Assembly: GCA_040954595.2 (NCBI GenBank)
Contig: CM082585.2
Location: forward strand, 7,403,808-7,467,807
DNA from: Balanoglossus misakiensis
Taxonomy: Eukaryota; Animalia; Hemichordata
DNA length: 64,000 nucleotides
Reading direction: 5' to 3'
In this document: piece by piece, positions 1-13,250 of the stretch
Layout: each line of letters opens with the position of its first letter
How positions within the stretch are numbered: position 1 is the stretch's first letter
Notes under the pieces: model-generated
What the model saw: the letters and a program-made list of their open reading frames with translations, nothing else
Told to the model about the DNA's origin: nothing
The model's database searches: none
Position numbers and translations under genes: made by a program

Positions 1-1209
1 AAAACCTGTATCTATAGTTCCTTGGTATGTTGTGTCACAATGAAGCCAGGTCAACATATAGGGGTGCACCGTTACAAGACAGTTAGAGACTGCCGTTCTA
101 TCCGTAGTGTAAAGCAAAAAGTAAATATTTTGCAGACGACGTGAGGTGCTTTCTGGCCGACTTGATCCGCCTGACAAGCAGACGTAAACTACACATCCCG
201 TGGAGCTTTTATTCTCAAGTGTTTTTGTCAGTTGACGATGATAATCCTTGCACTGGTGTCGCGTTTAGTGTATCTTGAGAAGTAAATTGATCGATGTCTA
301 ACGTTCATCTAAATAGAAGTCGCTCCTCCGGAAATAAACCCCCCTTGGCCGTTCGCGTACGCAACAACCACTTAGATTTTGTAATACAATATATAGCAAC
401 TGTCGCCATAAGATTTAAACGTTGCTAAACGGACTTTTATCCCCCAAAATACTCTACTTCGACATCTTATGTAACATTTCTCTCTGTGGTTGTTAAATTT
501 TAATGCCAGGGTAGAAGTTCAGAAAATTACGATTATTAATATACACATGTATCTGTTTCCAGTATAAACTATTTTATATTTCCTACGTTACTGACCAAGA
601 TGTACACATAAAGCATGTGCTCATATGTCACGCAATTTTACTGGCCTGGGTTTGTTTTTCACTATAATTTTTTTATGTCGTACATTCATCTCTGTGAGAA
701 CTATGAAAGAATTACCGATTCGCAGACATTTTACGACGTACATTTTCTCACTCTTAAAATGTCTTTCTTTCCAGATACCCCTTTCTGGTTGCATCTCCGT
801 TGGGACGAGTCGGCGCAAAAGGTAACGGTTTTTAAGCTCGATCATTTGAATAGTCATTAAGCTTACTTAGGGAATACATGTGCTCAACGGCTTACAAGAA
901 AAATCCCTAGATTGCAATGAAGGGTTCCGGGTGTCTCGAGTCCCGGGCGAGGAGATGCCTATAAGATAGCGCCACCGATTAGGGGAGTCCAGACAACAAC
1001 GTGTTTTGGGTCATTTCGACTGGTGCCACCAGCGCTCGTAGAGACCCGTGCAATTATGCACTACACTAAATCAAGTACATGTACATTTAATCGGTTTCAC
1101 TTTGACTTTTAAAGGTAACCTTTTTTAGAATTGCGAATTTTAATGGCAGTCTTTTAGAAATCCTCCCGCTAGTTTTGAAGGTTTTGTGACTTCACTGTTC
1201 ATCTGGGTG

Positions 1210-1236
1210 TGTTGTTGTTGTTGTTGTTGTTGTTGT
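1210..1236. repeat. (GTT)n microsatellite
   Basis: About 9 GTT units are visible. They explain the poly-Cys run in the spurious ORF 1186..1434. Confidence 0.9.
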
Positions 1237-4200
1237 CATGGATACAGAGGCAGAAACGTTGTGGATGTTCCCACTTGTCTCTTCCGCTTGTGCCGGGATA
1301 AATCAGCGAACAGGGTAGCTAGGCGCGGGGAGGTGATTATTTTGAGATCTCCCAGCGAAGGGGAGACGTACAAACACGTCGCTGGAGACAGAGAGATAAT
1401 AAGAGATACACACGCGAGGTTGCGGAAGCCATGACTTGCCGCAAAGAATCTCGGGAAAAGCCAATGCACGCGCGCGCCCCAGAGTTTCTTGAGGCGAAGC
1501 TTCGATTCCTTGAAAGGTGCCGCTGACCCTTGAAATCAGCTACCAAAATGCAAGCGGTATGCTGCATAACAAAATGTTAAAGAAAATGTTGCTCCGCCTG
1601 CATTAACAGAGAAAACGTGTTCCAGTTCTAACCTCTGTAAAGAAAAAGATCACAAATACTCTAGTATATCTTGAGTTTGTTAATACTCATGGTTGATGAT
1701 AACTTTGCGATAACACATACTTGCTGATTGAAATACAGACCCAGCAAACGTACTCTCTTTTCCCAACGAGGGTTAGGCATTAGATTTTGAGCTTTTTGCA
1801 CTTTAGAAGTGTTCTTGGCTGAATAATGGTGGTCGGAAGTGCCTCTCTCAGAACTTTGACTTCGAAGTTCGCGAATCTTGGCAACAACTTCTGGCGTCGA
1901 TGTCTGTGCTAAGGGTGTCTGCATGACAGAAGGTCGCCGGTGGACGACGGAAAACAACACGGCGCGCCACCGTCCCTTGTCCGGCTTCCTGTTTTGTTGC
2001 GACGATACCTTGGCAGAAAAGTAACCAAGGGCAGACGAAGGTGAAACGAGCTGCTGAAATTTGTCATAATTGTCGCCAATTAGACCCCGGATGCGGAGGA
2101 CTACGTGAGTTTAGGAAGTCCATCACCGGATCGTGTCCGAAATACGGACATATATCCCTCGAAAAGGAAAGGGAGAAAGAGAGAAACGTCATCGACATTA
2201 AATACACGACATCACGTACACGTCTATATACATTTGCGAACACGAACTTTCTTTTGAAGTGGTAATTGACGGGAAAATCTCGGTACAGTGATGATTAATA
2301 CTGTTCGACTTCTTCAACGTCTACAAGAATCATTAACAAGTCTTTAAAAAAAGACCGAACCAATCTTTTCCGAAAAAAATAACTGATTTGTCTACAAAAT
2401 TCCTCCAGGTGAAAAGACGAATACCTTCAGCGCCGACACAATTACTGTGATATAAACACAGCCGGAAACATTACATTAATCGCACGACGCACCGTGAGTG
2501 GCACGGCCTTGAAAAGGAGGTTTCTTTCAAAGTGATATTTCAGATGATGATGATAAATAGCGGTGGAATTAAGTCGTCGACTGAACTCGTAACGTTCTCT
2601 TAAAAAGGGGGTCCAAGACGTCTGACGGCGTTGAGTTTCTTTGAACGTTATTGTCTTATTTTAAATTAGTCCACGTATGGGGGGCAGTAAAGACGTCTTG
2701 ATATGTAGACCCTTTGGCACGAAGACCAATTGAAGGATTAGCAAATGTACTGAAATTAAAATCTCCCTCTCCTCTCTAGCCAATCGTTATACGTCCGACA
2801 ATACAAAAACACCAACACTCAAAACATGACTGGCAATCTTTTCGCAGTCACCTGGCGATTATCATCGTTGGCGAATTTAACATACAAGTTGTAAAACATG
2901 AGTTGTATTCCTGACTGCTCGCCTGGTCGCCACTGCCTTTTATATGTTTGGGGTTTCGAGACCAGGGGTTTCTCGAAACCCTCATTTTCTACATGGCACC
3001 CCCGAGAGCTCCTTCATAATGCTCACTTCGATCTCGATACCGGTATACGTTCTCCCCTTTTGATAAAACACCCCTCCCCATATTGTTATCTGTATTGTTC
3101 AGCTGCCAAATACCATTGTTATTAATTCATTGAACCCTCTATTTTGTCTAATTATCACACAACACATATTAGCATAATATATGTTGTCTGTTCTGTTAAT
3201 GACTCTGAAGGAAAGTGTCTATTTTCCAAATCACTCTCTTACGTCACGTATTACGTCATTACAGTGAATACTCCAAGGTACTCGATTTGAAGACGGTCAG
3301 GGTTAATTTTTGATAAATGTGTGATCGCGTTCGTTCACAATGATGTGGTCTATTTCATGGATGTTCTTCTGCTTGGAGGTTTGCGCTATCTTTAATCATG
3401 GTCACTCGAGTGGAGTGACCGTCGGTTGGTCCGACTCATGCCGGCTTTTTCAGGTTTGTTTAAGCGCTGTCCTTGATATCAGACCTGACATACCGCGTCT
3501 TAAAGGCGCTCTATAACTCCCCCCCAGTACCAAGTCCCCCTGTCAATAACGTTCTGGTTTTCCGAGAGTCCCGTGTATCAGTCTGAAGGTCCCGGCCAGC
3601 GACAGGGTCCAGTTACCGCATTTCCATGCAGTACTCAGAGAGCGAGGGCGAAGCTTAAACACACACAGACAAATCGTCGTTTGCGTTTTTTTTTTTATCT
3701 CGTTGTTGTGCTTTGCGCTGGGACTCGGAAATTTGTCTGGGCTGGCATGGTGTCTTGCGAGAGAGACCCCAGCCGGTGATCGGAGGCGTCATCGCGACCA
3801 AATGCCAAGTGTCCTCTTTTGTCTGAGAAGGGGGAGTGCTTCAGCGGTACACGCCTGTGTCGCATAATAGACGGAGATGGTCGAAAGGGGGAATTCTGGA
3901 GAACCTCTTAAGAACGCCGATCAAATTTTGGCAGTTTTCCAATCGCCGCGTCTCGCCATTTCTGTCATTAAACGCAAGCAATAAGAAATGGAAAATTGGC
4001 AGCAATAACGCCCTTTCCGATATCCCTTCCAATTATACCCCGACTGAATTCCATCAGTTCCGGATTTCAGAAAGAACAAAAAAAAACCTCTTGAAGAATA
4101 TGACGAAAAAAGTGTGTAAAAAATTCCTGCGATTTGACAACAACGACACAGGTGTAAATGTCAGTGTTTAAATTATGGAAAATTTCGAACAAAAGGATCG

Positions 4201-4769
4201 CCAGTTATGTAAATAAACGTCGCAGACGGAGAAGCAGTGTAGCAGCAGTGCAAAGGTCTGGCAGTCAGTGGAGAGAAAAAAAGAAGTTACGGCATTTCAA
4301 ACATTCGTGTGAGTCTGAATAACAACCGACAGTCCCTAGCGCAAATATTTTCCTTTTTAATTATTTCAGACATGGTGTCTTTTTTATACGTATAAAAAAA
4401 AAAAAATACTTCCCATCATTGAAACCCAAGCAGGCGACAGCACACCTCATCCACTACGGAGTATCATAAACATCATTGTCCCCGGGATCTCTCAGCCACT
4501 TGTCAAACACTCGTGGGCTCTGCCTTCGCTAAACACGGGGCCATGATCAAACAAATCACATGTAAACGCAGCCGCAGTCGCCGTGTCGCCAGCCCGCACC
4601 GTTCGTCTGGGGGCTTCCTGAGCGATACCGCAGCCAGCACTCGTTAACGTGGAGTCGCGGAGGTGATAATTTGCCTTAATGGGCCTAATTACTATCCCTG
4701 GCGCATAGTCCTCGCCTCCCCCCTCCCAAAACAGAGATTGTTATATCGATGTGTGTCGGGGGCTCGCTG

Positions 4770-5016
4770 CGTTTATATCACGGCCCATCGCCATTGGCAT
4801 GTCATTTCGGAGTCTGTCGTCGAGTCGGTCACATCGCTTCCAAAGCTCCTCCCGAACACACTTGTGGCCAAGCAGTCAAGCCAACACAACCCGCTGTATT
4901 ACGTACGCGACAGTAACTTCAAGAACATCCAAGTTATTTTCATCGGACGTCCGAAGTCGAAAAAAAAAAACAATTCATTCTTTTCGCGCAGCAAGAGTTC
5001 AACAAAAGTGTCATCG
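4770..5016 (+). promoter_or_regulatory. Probable core promoter and non-coding first exon of the chordin-like gene
   Basis: TATA-like TTTATAT at ~4772 and Inr-like TCATTT ~30 nt downstream (~4802). Strong donor cg|gtaagt at 5016/5017 and acceptor tttcag at 5406 just before the ATG. Confidence 0.5.
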
Positions 5017-5421
5017 GTAAGTTTTTTTACTTGAATTTTAGTTTCGGTGGCGGTTTTTGGGAAAATTCTGCCTTGCAAGATGCCTGCATCTGTCTTCGAC
5101 ACTGAGTATACCGTGGCGAAATCAAAATTTGTCAGATTAACCGGGAGACTTTCTCAGTCCCTTTACTTTCAAAATGCTGCTTCACGCATACTTGCTGATT
5201 TTTCAAATGCTATGTTCGGGTTCTTGTTTTAAAATACAGTGTTAAGTTGATATTTTACTGTCGTGGCATCTTTCCTTTCGTTCTTCAGTTTCGCCTATAC
5301 ATACTTGAGCAATCGATATCCCGTGACTCCATTAAGATTCGCGGTCTCTGCAGAGTCGAGAAAAGAGTCACGTTTGTTTCAACGGGTGGCATCCTTTCTC
5401 TTTCAGAAAAAGAAGTCCAAA

Positions 5422-8400
5422 ATGAATCTCCTCGTTACTAGTCTCACCCTCCTCGCTCTGCTGTGCGGTGGAGTCGGTGCGCGGCCCAGGCAAGGCCAAA
5501 AAGGTGAGTGAGTGTGGTTTAGCTCCGATCGACCATGGACCGTACGTGGCGGTGATGGGGACCGCCGGACCCGGGGACTGAGATCGCTAAGTGGATCTTC
5601 TGCTTGATTTAGCCACACTAAACGGATACAGTTAGGGCCATTGTGATGCGACCACTCGACGTATTTACGTATGCCATGTTTATCCTAAAGGTGATAACAG
5701 CGTGCGCTTCCCAACAAAACATGCAAATCCCTGCCTTTCTTCGGCCAGAGTCAGTCTGTCCAGAAACAAGGGGATCCTCGACACGTTCGCTGGCCCTCGA
5801 CCATTTCGAATAGCCGGAGACATTTGAAAAGGCGACGTTGGTACTGGAATCTCAAAGAGGGCCACTGTTGATTGACAAGGCCTGACACTGTACCAGGCGA
5901 CAGTATTTTTTGAAGATAAAATTATGATTCTTTAAACTTGATTAGACAAGATTTCTTGAAGGTGTTGGCGATATCAAAAGACGGCGGCGCTCAGACTTTA
6001 GTGGCGTTTCCCTACGGAGTTCATGATCATTGCCAATCCGCTCCTGATGTGCGTTTTCCACCGCGCGGTATCCAAGGCAACGCTTGAGTACAAACCAATC
6101 CGGCACTACATAAAATCACTCACAGAATCGTAAGCAGTTCAATCTGAACGCCCCCATCAATTTGTCATCTGCCAAAACCGACACCGTGCCGTAATCTCTC
6201 TCCCCCAGCGAATCAAACAATCAGCCGCGGGCCGATCGAGACGAGACGGGGCGAGATTTGCAATCGGGCTGGCGTCAGTCGGCGCTGCCAACACGGGGTT
6301 TGCCGTACCTGGCAACTAGACGTGGCATGGTCCGGGGGCGTCGTTAGCAACGACTTTCGCGTGCCATATAGTGGTTGCTGGAGTGAAGATCACCAAGATA
6401 GAGCGCGGGGCCTCGTCCCCGAACGCACGCTCGTCGGTTGACACCTGTTGCTCGAAGCGCAGTCCCGTCATTTACTAGAAGCATGTTCGTGGAAATTGAT
6501 ACAAACACGACATGATATAGTATGTGCTGGCTTGGGTCCGGGGAGATTTTGACCAGGGTCAGGGAGGCCGTTACGCCCCTTTGCGGAAATCGCGCCTGCT
6601 TCTAAATTAATGTTTTGATATTTTTAATCGGTGAAAGTTCTAATCACGCAACTTGTTCTCCCGAACCTCCACTTTGTACCAGTCCCTTGCCCACAAACAG
6701 ACGTAAAAGTGGGACACAATAGGGCTCATGTACTTCTTCAAGGAGAGCATGGGTTCGAGTTTCTTCCTCAAAATGTCGTCTCGACCAATAAGCATTATGA
6801 AGAGTAGCTATCCCGTTTCCCAGCCGATTTATTTCCTTTCCGCGTGGGTGATGATTTGACAAGAATCCTATTATTCTTGACAGATTCGTGTACATTCGGT
6901 GAAAGGCGATATTCGTCGGGCGACACCTGGCATCCGTTCTTGCAACCAATCGGATACCTCAACTGTATCACGTGCACGTGCAGAGAGGTAAGTCAGGTGA
7001 CTGACACGTTGATGATACAACGTGCAGATCTGACCCTTTTGAGCGCCAATTTTTGCTGTCAAAATATGGTGCAACATTTTAAATATTTTTTCAGTTCTCA
7101 CTGGGATTTATGATTCATTTTGACAGGGTTTGGTCAGCTGTATGAATATTAAATGTCCAAAGCTGGATTGTCACGGAGCAAATCCTGTGTCAGTGCCCGG
7201 TCAGTGCTGCAAAAGATGCCCAGGTGAGTTACAGCATACATATTTAAACGTGGTAGTGTACTACCCCCCTTCCCTTCGTTTTAAATGCTACTTCTTTGTC
7301 CAAGCACACTTTTCATCGCGGGAAATGTGAAAGTGTGTGTGTATCGGAAGGTCGTTCACCTACCGACGTCAATCTTGAGAGGTGAAGGTTTTGCCTTTCC
7401 TGTGTTTGCCGTCTTAATTCACGCGAATCTCCTCTCGTTCCCAAATTAGTGACACGCGACCATTTTTTTTCTTTCTTTCCAGCCGGTGACGACCACGCCG
7501 AGGGGAACCCGCTGGATGAAAACCACAGCCGCGTGTGCCAGTACCGAGATCGGGTCTACCAACACGGGGAGCTGTTCTCGGCCGAGGGCATCTTCAACTC
7601 CCGCAGGAACGACCAGTGCGTCCAGTGCAGTTGTTCGGTGAGTCGCCGAGATCTACCACATGCCCCCGTCCAAGTCCGCCCTTGGCGCGAATCCGCATTA
7701 GTATTCGTAGAAGCAATCGTAATTTTCACTGAAATGCGCAGATTTTCTTGCCTAACCCTGATAAAGTCGTCTGCATTTATTTCCTTCAACTCGGGCATCT
7801 CTCCGCCTCGACAGCGCAATCCTGATTTCCACTTCATTTTACGACTCGAAAGTTTCGGTACATTTCTACTATTTATTCAAACCTGATTAAAGATGACTTG
7901 TTTTGTCACGGTTTGGTAGATTCCAACAAAAGATCACCCCGATAGTCAGTGATTTCTTGTTTTTCTTTTTCTGCACGCCTTGGCACTTATAAACCACATG
8001 GAGCGTGAAATTGCTTCGACAGAGTCACGGCGCCGTCTTGCATACTACCCGCAAATTGAGATTTTGCTCCTTTCGCGTCTTTTTTTTCTCTTCGGTTTGG
8101 CTGGCTGACCGTCACGCCGTCAACGGATGAACGCGTCTTTATACAGGCGTGTCGATTTAGCTCAAAACGTCAAAAAATCAACCTTGTCCACGTATACTTT
8201 AGTCAAACTTCAGTCGTGTGTTGTCCCATGCCAATACGCCTTGCCTGTCTCGCGCCCGGGTTTGTGAATAAATTTGTGGAGAATCTAAAATTGGCTCTTT
8301 TAAATGACGCCAACCTGTATAACTGTACGTTTTGAACTACCTTTGCATAAGCTTGCTTTTGTAATATGTGTTTTATGGATCAGTCGTCAGTTAGCAAATT

Positions 8401-11400
8401 TGAGGGATAAACAACCAAAGCCAAGAATAATGCTTGTCCAAACTGCTCGACACGCACGCCTGTGCAAGATCCTTTGATTTTGTAATTTGAAACCACTCGC
8501 TAAATACCTCGACGAGACTTCCGCGGAGGATGGATAGCTCTCAGCTCGCCAAGGGTTCGCATGAAGTGAGCGGAAAGAATTTTTTTCCTGAAAAGTTTGT
8601 TTTGTGTTATTGTACGGGTGGCGTCGTTGTCTTATGAAATAAACATCAGTCATGACAAGTTTGTTTGAAGTCTGCCCTGTCTGCCGTGAATCTCGCTGCG
8701 CACCAGTGACATTCCATTTGGAGCTGGGTGGAACACAGTGCGCATGTGCGCGGGGAATTTTCACGTTCGCGTGGTTTCGAGCCAGATGAAACGCCGACTT
8801 TTGAAGCTTTTTGAGAATGCCATTGACACGGCGCTCGGTCCTGTAAAGTTTATCTTCTGCGTTTGCTTGCTCCTCGCAGGCGGCGATTCTTTGAACCACT
8901 TCGGCCTATTTCTGTCTTCCAACGAATAGACGGCGAAACTCTCTCTAATGGTGGTGATAAATTGGACTTGAGACTTCAAAACAATACATTTCGCTTTTAG
9001 TCCAAATTAAACATTTACATAAATCACCATTAGGGAACCACTTTAATGATGTTAACGGCAGTAGGACCACCCTCTTCAGTTGTTTTTATTTAGAGACGTT
9101 TTTTATCAGTCAGTGGCATTACGTCATCAGAGATGAGATGGGTTCGGATGAACGCCCGCCTTGGACGAAATTTTCATCTTGTCCTTTTTGTTTTGTAAAA
9201 CTCGCCTATTGCACACAGGGTAACAAAAACACTACAAACCCTAAACTCGGCTTGTCGAAAAATCGGTTGGTTGTTAACTGTCCTGGTTCAGTGGCGTCGG
9301 GAGGGAGGGGTTGTGCCCATGAACACCTGACAGATTCCGAATTGTCACGGTGTCGCCAACCATTTCAAGTAGATGTCGCCCAATTACACAAACTGTCGGC
9401 CGCAAGTCGGACTGCAACCGCGAGTGCGACACCTATTGACCTAGAAGGGCAGACATAGACACTTGCGCCACTATAAAAAATTGCCACCTTTTAACTTTCA
9501 ATCTAACAGTCTTTTTCGTTGTTTTTTTTTCTCTCTTGTAGGACGCACGTGTTTTCTGCGCTCTCAGAACCTGCTCGCCTGTAACTTGCGACAACCCGGT
9601 CATTCTACCCGATTCCTGTTGTCCCGTATGTCCAGGTAAGCAAATCATACGCTAATATCTCCGCGTGCTATGCTAGGACGGTAGCTGCGGCAGAACACTT
9701 TGTATTTCACCAAGAGTTTCATAGCAGCCCTTCCCTTGAATGCCAGAATTTTTGACGAATCCTGATCCACGTGACTCGACGCGCTTATATTTTTTGTAGA
9801 TAACGGCGAAGAATGGGAGTACGACTACTACGAAACCGCATCAGACGACGAAATAGTGGACTCGGCCGCGGCCAGCAAGCCCAACCCGCGGAGGGAGCAC
9901 CTGTTCGCTGACGTATTGAAAGGCGAGGTCATATTGTCCGGACCAATCAGCGGAGTCCAGCAGGTGGACGCCAGCCATGCCAGCGACGAAGTGGCGGGTG
10001 TCGATGGAACTGACATCGGGGATTATTCTGAACGGCTGCCTGTTCCCCCTGCCCGGAGAGATTGGGCCGATTCCCGCGAAAGTGATGACAGAGGTAACGT
10101 TGAATACGTTTATGCTTTATCTTGACCGGACGATTTTTCAGCTTCAATCGACGAAGTATTGCAGTACTGTTGTTATATACGCTCATGTGCGTACGTCAAT
10201 GTTTAACTTTTTTTTCGGTTCATCTTCAGAATGCTTGTCAAATGGACAGGTGTATGACCATGGCCAATCATGGAACCCGTTCTTGTTTCCCTTTGGACAA
10301 ATGGACTGTATTCTCTGCACATGCCGGGTAGGTGACTTGGGAATTAAATGTTACGTTTGTTTGTATGGATGGACAGAAGAACCGGTCATATATATTGTGT
10401 GCGGTCACATGCATGCATGCGCTCTGCATTTATTTTTGTATGCACACATATGCACAGGCATTTCCAACTTCCCAATGTTTTTTTTGTATTGTAGATATTT
10501 ATTCACGTTTTGTTGTTCTTTTCACCAGAATGCAAAAACTAGATGTGAAAGATTATCTTGTCCATCGGAGGATGAACTGCCGTGTGATAATCCTGTGAAA
10601 CCCAAGGGAGAGTGTTGCAAACGATGTCCTGGTGAGTGTACGCCATTTTTGTTCCTTCGTCCTGTTCAACTCTTGGAAGAAAATTGTGATTTTTTCTTAA
10701 TTTATCCAATGTCTTCACTATACAGTCGAATCCATTCTTCTCAATTGTTATGGCTAACATCACGATTGCTCTAAACTGTTGGTGACAATGCGTCTTTAAC
10801 ATCGCAGGGGACGTTGATGGCGATCTTGCGGAGGCGTCGGAGGAAGAGAATGATTGCATCGTGGACCGGGAATCCTTGTTGGTCTACGAGTATACCCCGA
10901 ATTCAGCCGAACACATGGATCACAATGGCAGGCTACAGTTTGTCATCGATAATTTGAAAGACAGGGTCACCGAACTACACAGATTCGAACTAGAAGCAGG
11001 TGAGACCCCCCCCCCCCATAGCCCATTTTTTTAATTTCCAAATATTACAGGTATCTCAATTTCTTCTCCAGCAAACCAGCTTGCGCGATAGCTAATTTTC
11101 TTACTACGAAACGCCACGTTCACCTGGGTTTGAGGAAGCTCACTCTTACAAGTTCGACTTTTCCACCTTCCTCTTTCAGGTGAAATTAAAGAATTTGAAA
11201 TTGAGAAATTGTCGGCAGAAGAATTTGTTCAGTTGCGAGAACAGGACCGCCAGGGGAGGTTCGAACTAGCCGGTGCTACCACTGAACGTAAGTATCTTAC
11301 GACCTCTTAATTAACATTTGCCCATATATGGTTAAAATGGCGTTTTTAAGTCTTCGAACGACCAGTTTTGTGTCACATTCTTTTTCGCCTGGCCACCCTG

Positions 11401-11763
11401 CGAACATCTGCGACTGGCCTGATCTCAACTATGATTGCTTCTCCAATGATATTATTTAGAACATGATGATACCTAGAAACTTGATAACTTGATTGCGACC
11501 GGAAGTGGCGTAAGGAAGCACACACCAGGCGGTAATGGCAGAAATTCTTTTGTTTTCTTTCAGACCGCCTGAGAAAACTCAAACGGCAAGAAACCAAATT
11601 GTACGAGAACTGCACGGAAGACTGTCACAGGGAAATCGCCAAACTAGTGAGGGCGCTGAAACCGAGGGAAATCGAGAGGCGCAACAACTTGTGCGAGAAG
11701 AGCAGAAGCCGGGACTCGGAAAAAAACGACAGTCGCCCAGAGAGGAGCCGCAGGCGCCAATAA
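5422..11763 (+). CDS. CHRDL: Chordin-like protein (signal peptide, 3 VWC/CR domains, CHRDL1/2-type C-terminal region); secreted BMP modulator
   Basis: Exons 5422-5503, 6884-6987, 7127-7223, 7483-7637, 9542-9635, 9800-10093, 10230-10327, 10529-10631, 10808-10999, 11180-11287, 11564-11763 are all GT-AG and phase-compatible. Signal peptide MNLLVTSLTLLALLCGGVGA. VWC1 CTFGERRYSSGDTWHPFLQPIGYLNCITCTC..CCKRCP, VWC2 CQYRDRVYQHGELFSAEGIF..CCPVCP, VWC3 CLSNGQVYDHGQSWNPFLFPFGQMDCILCTC..CCKRCP. Confidence 0.9.
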
Positions 11764-13250
11764 GCGGGCGCGGCTCTGGGGTCGTTGGACGTCATCCACA
11801 CGACAGGCACTGTCAAGGTTTCGGAAACGAATCCTTAGTTGCCAGAAATTTCACAGTTTTGTGGCATAGAAGTCCCTCTTGAAGTGCAGTAGAAGAGAAG
11901 AAAGAAAAAAACCCCGTTCAGACGATGAACTTTGGAAGCGATGTGAAGGCGAAGTGGAACTCATTAGAAACAAGATATTATAGTCAGTGCGCCCTCACAG
12001 TCTTCGCCAAAGACCGATGCAAGTTGGCCTGGTTGCCATATCAACAGATGAACAAACAAGAAATCCGAGGTACAGTCGGTTAAATCGGCAAATTTGACGA
12101 TTGAATTTTATTTGTGAACGAACACATCCCAGAAAAATGATTGACATTCATTCTTATTTTTGATTGGCCAGAAATATCACCTGACCAAACTATTCATTTC
12201 CTATTGGTCGAAAAACAGGTGTACATATCAACACTGCAAAACATTATTCGTCGTAACTGACTATACTGGAAAATATTCAAAATCTGTATACATTTTTTGT
12301 CACTATATATAATCACTGCTTTTGGTTACTTTTTACAAAATGCCTATAATTTCTGCATTTATACTAGTCATGATACTAACATTCTTTATCAAAAACAAAA
12401 TGCATTAAACTGTGTATTCCACATCAGTTATTTATAGAACCGTAAAATGAAGATTCTAACTTAACACCTCCCCCTTTTAACCCTACCCTCTAAGTTTCCC
12501 TGTCTTCAGCAAAGACAAGGTCAAGACAGAAAACTGAGAAAGACATAGGTGAAATCATATCCACATTGCTTTCCTAAACCCCCCAAAATGAATTTCACAC
12601 AAGAGACAGTTCTGAAAAAATTTCTTTGTTTTATTACGTGCAAACTGCCACCAATAATTTTATTCGTCTGCTGATGGCAACACTGTTAAGCAGTTTCCCT
12701 TTATAATCCCTTCCTCCAACAAAAAGTGAAAATGACGTTTAATCTCACGAATCTACTCATTGAAGAAAAACATTCATTTAATTGTACCTGCTCTTAGAAA
12801 CAGAAAACTGCTTGACCGCCATCTTGAATTATCCGTATGTACTGTATCTTATAAAAGTAGTAGGTTCGGTCTTATGACTGCCAGCCAGAAATCCGTGTCT
12901 ATGTTGAAGTAGACACTGATATTTTGTGTTTTTAGATGTAAATATATATAACCTTGACATGTCCCATGAGTGGACATTGATATAAAATAGTTTCTAAGAA
13001 AATCTTATATTTTTCTATTTTACTTTGTAAAGAAAACATTGAAGATCTAGTGCTGTTTAGATTGAGATACTTAATAAACTTTCGCTTGAAATGAGATTTT
13101 GTGAAAATGGTATTCTTTTGTGATATGTCTCTTAGGTAGAAAAATTAGACCGTGAGAAAATTGTTAGTTGTACAGAAATCGATCTTTTGTAGAATTAGGA
13201 CCTTACTGTTTAATGTAAATGGAGTATATTAAGATGTAAGGGGACGGGAT

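Noticed and set aside
1-4700. Many short ORFs, including a poly-Cys one, upstream of chordin-like
   Set aside because: No recognisable domains or consistent exon chain, and the poly-Cys is a GTT microsatellite. Probably cis-regulatory DNA.
5504-9541. GC-rich GGCG and AGAC motifs in chordin-like introns as BMP/Smad response elements
   Set aside because: I found no exact GRCGNC-N5-GTCT arrangement by eye, and the short motifs are expected by chance.
11764-13250. Overlapping antisense 3' UTRs of chordin-like and POLD3
   Set aside because: AATAAA at 13073 (+) and at 12630/12659 (-) would give an overlap, but ATTAAA at 12404 (+) allows non-overlapping ends. Undecidable without 3' end data.
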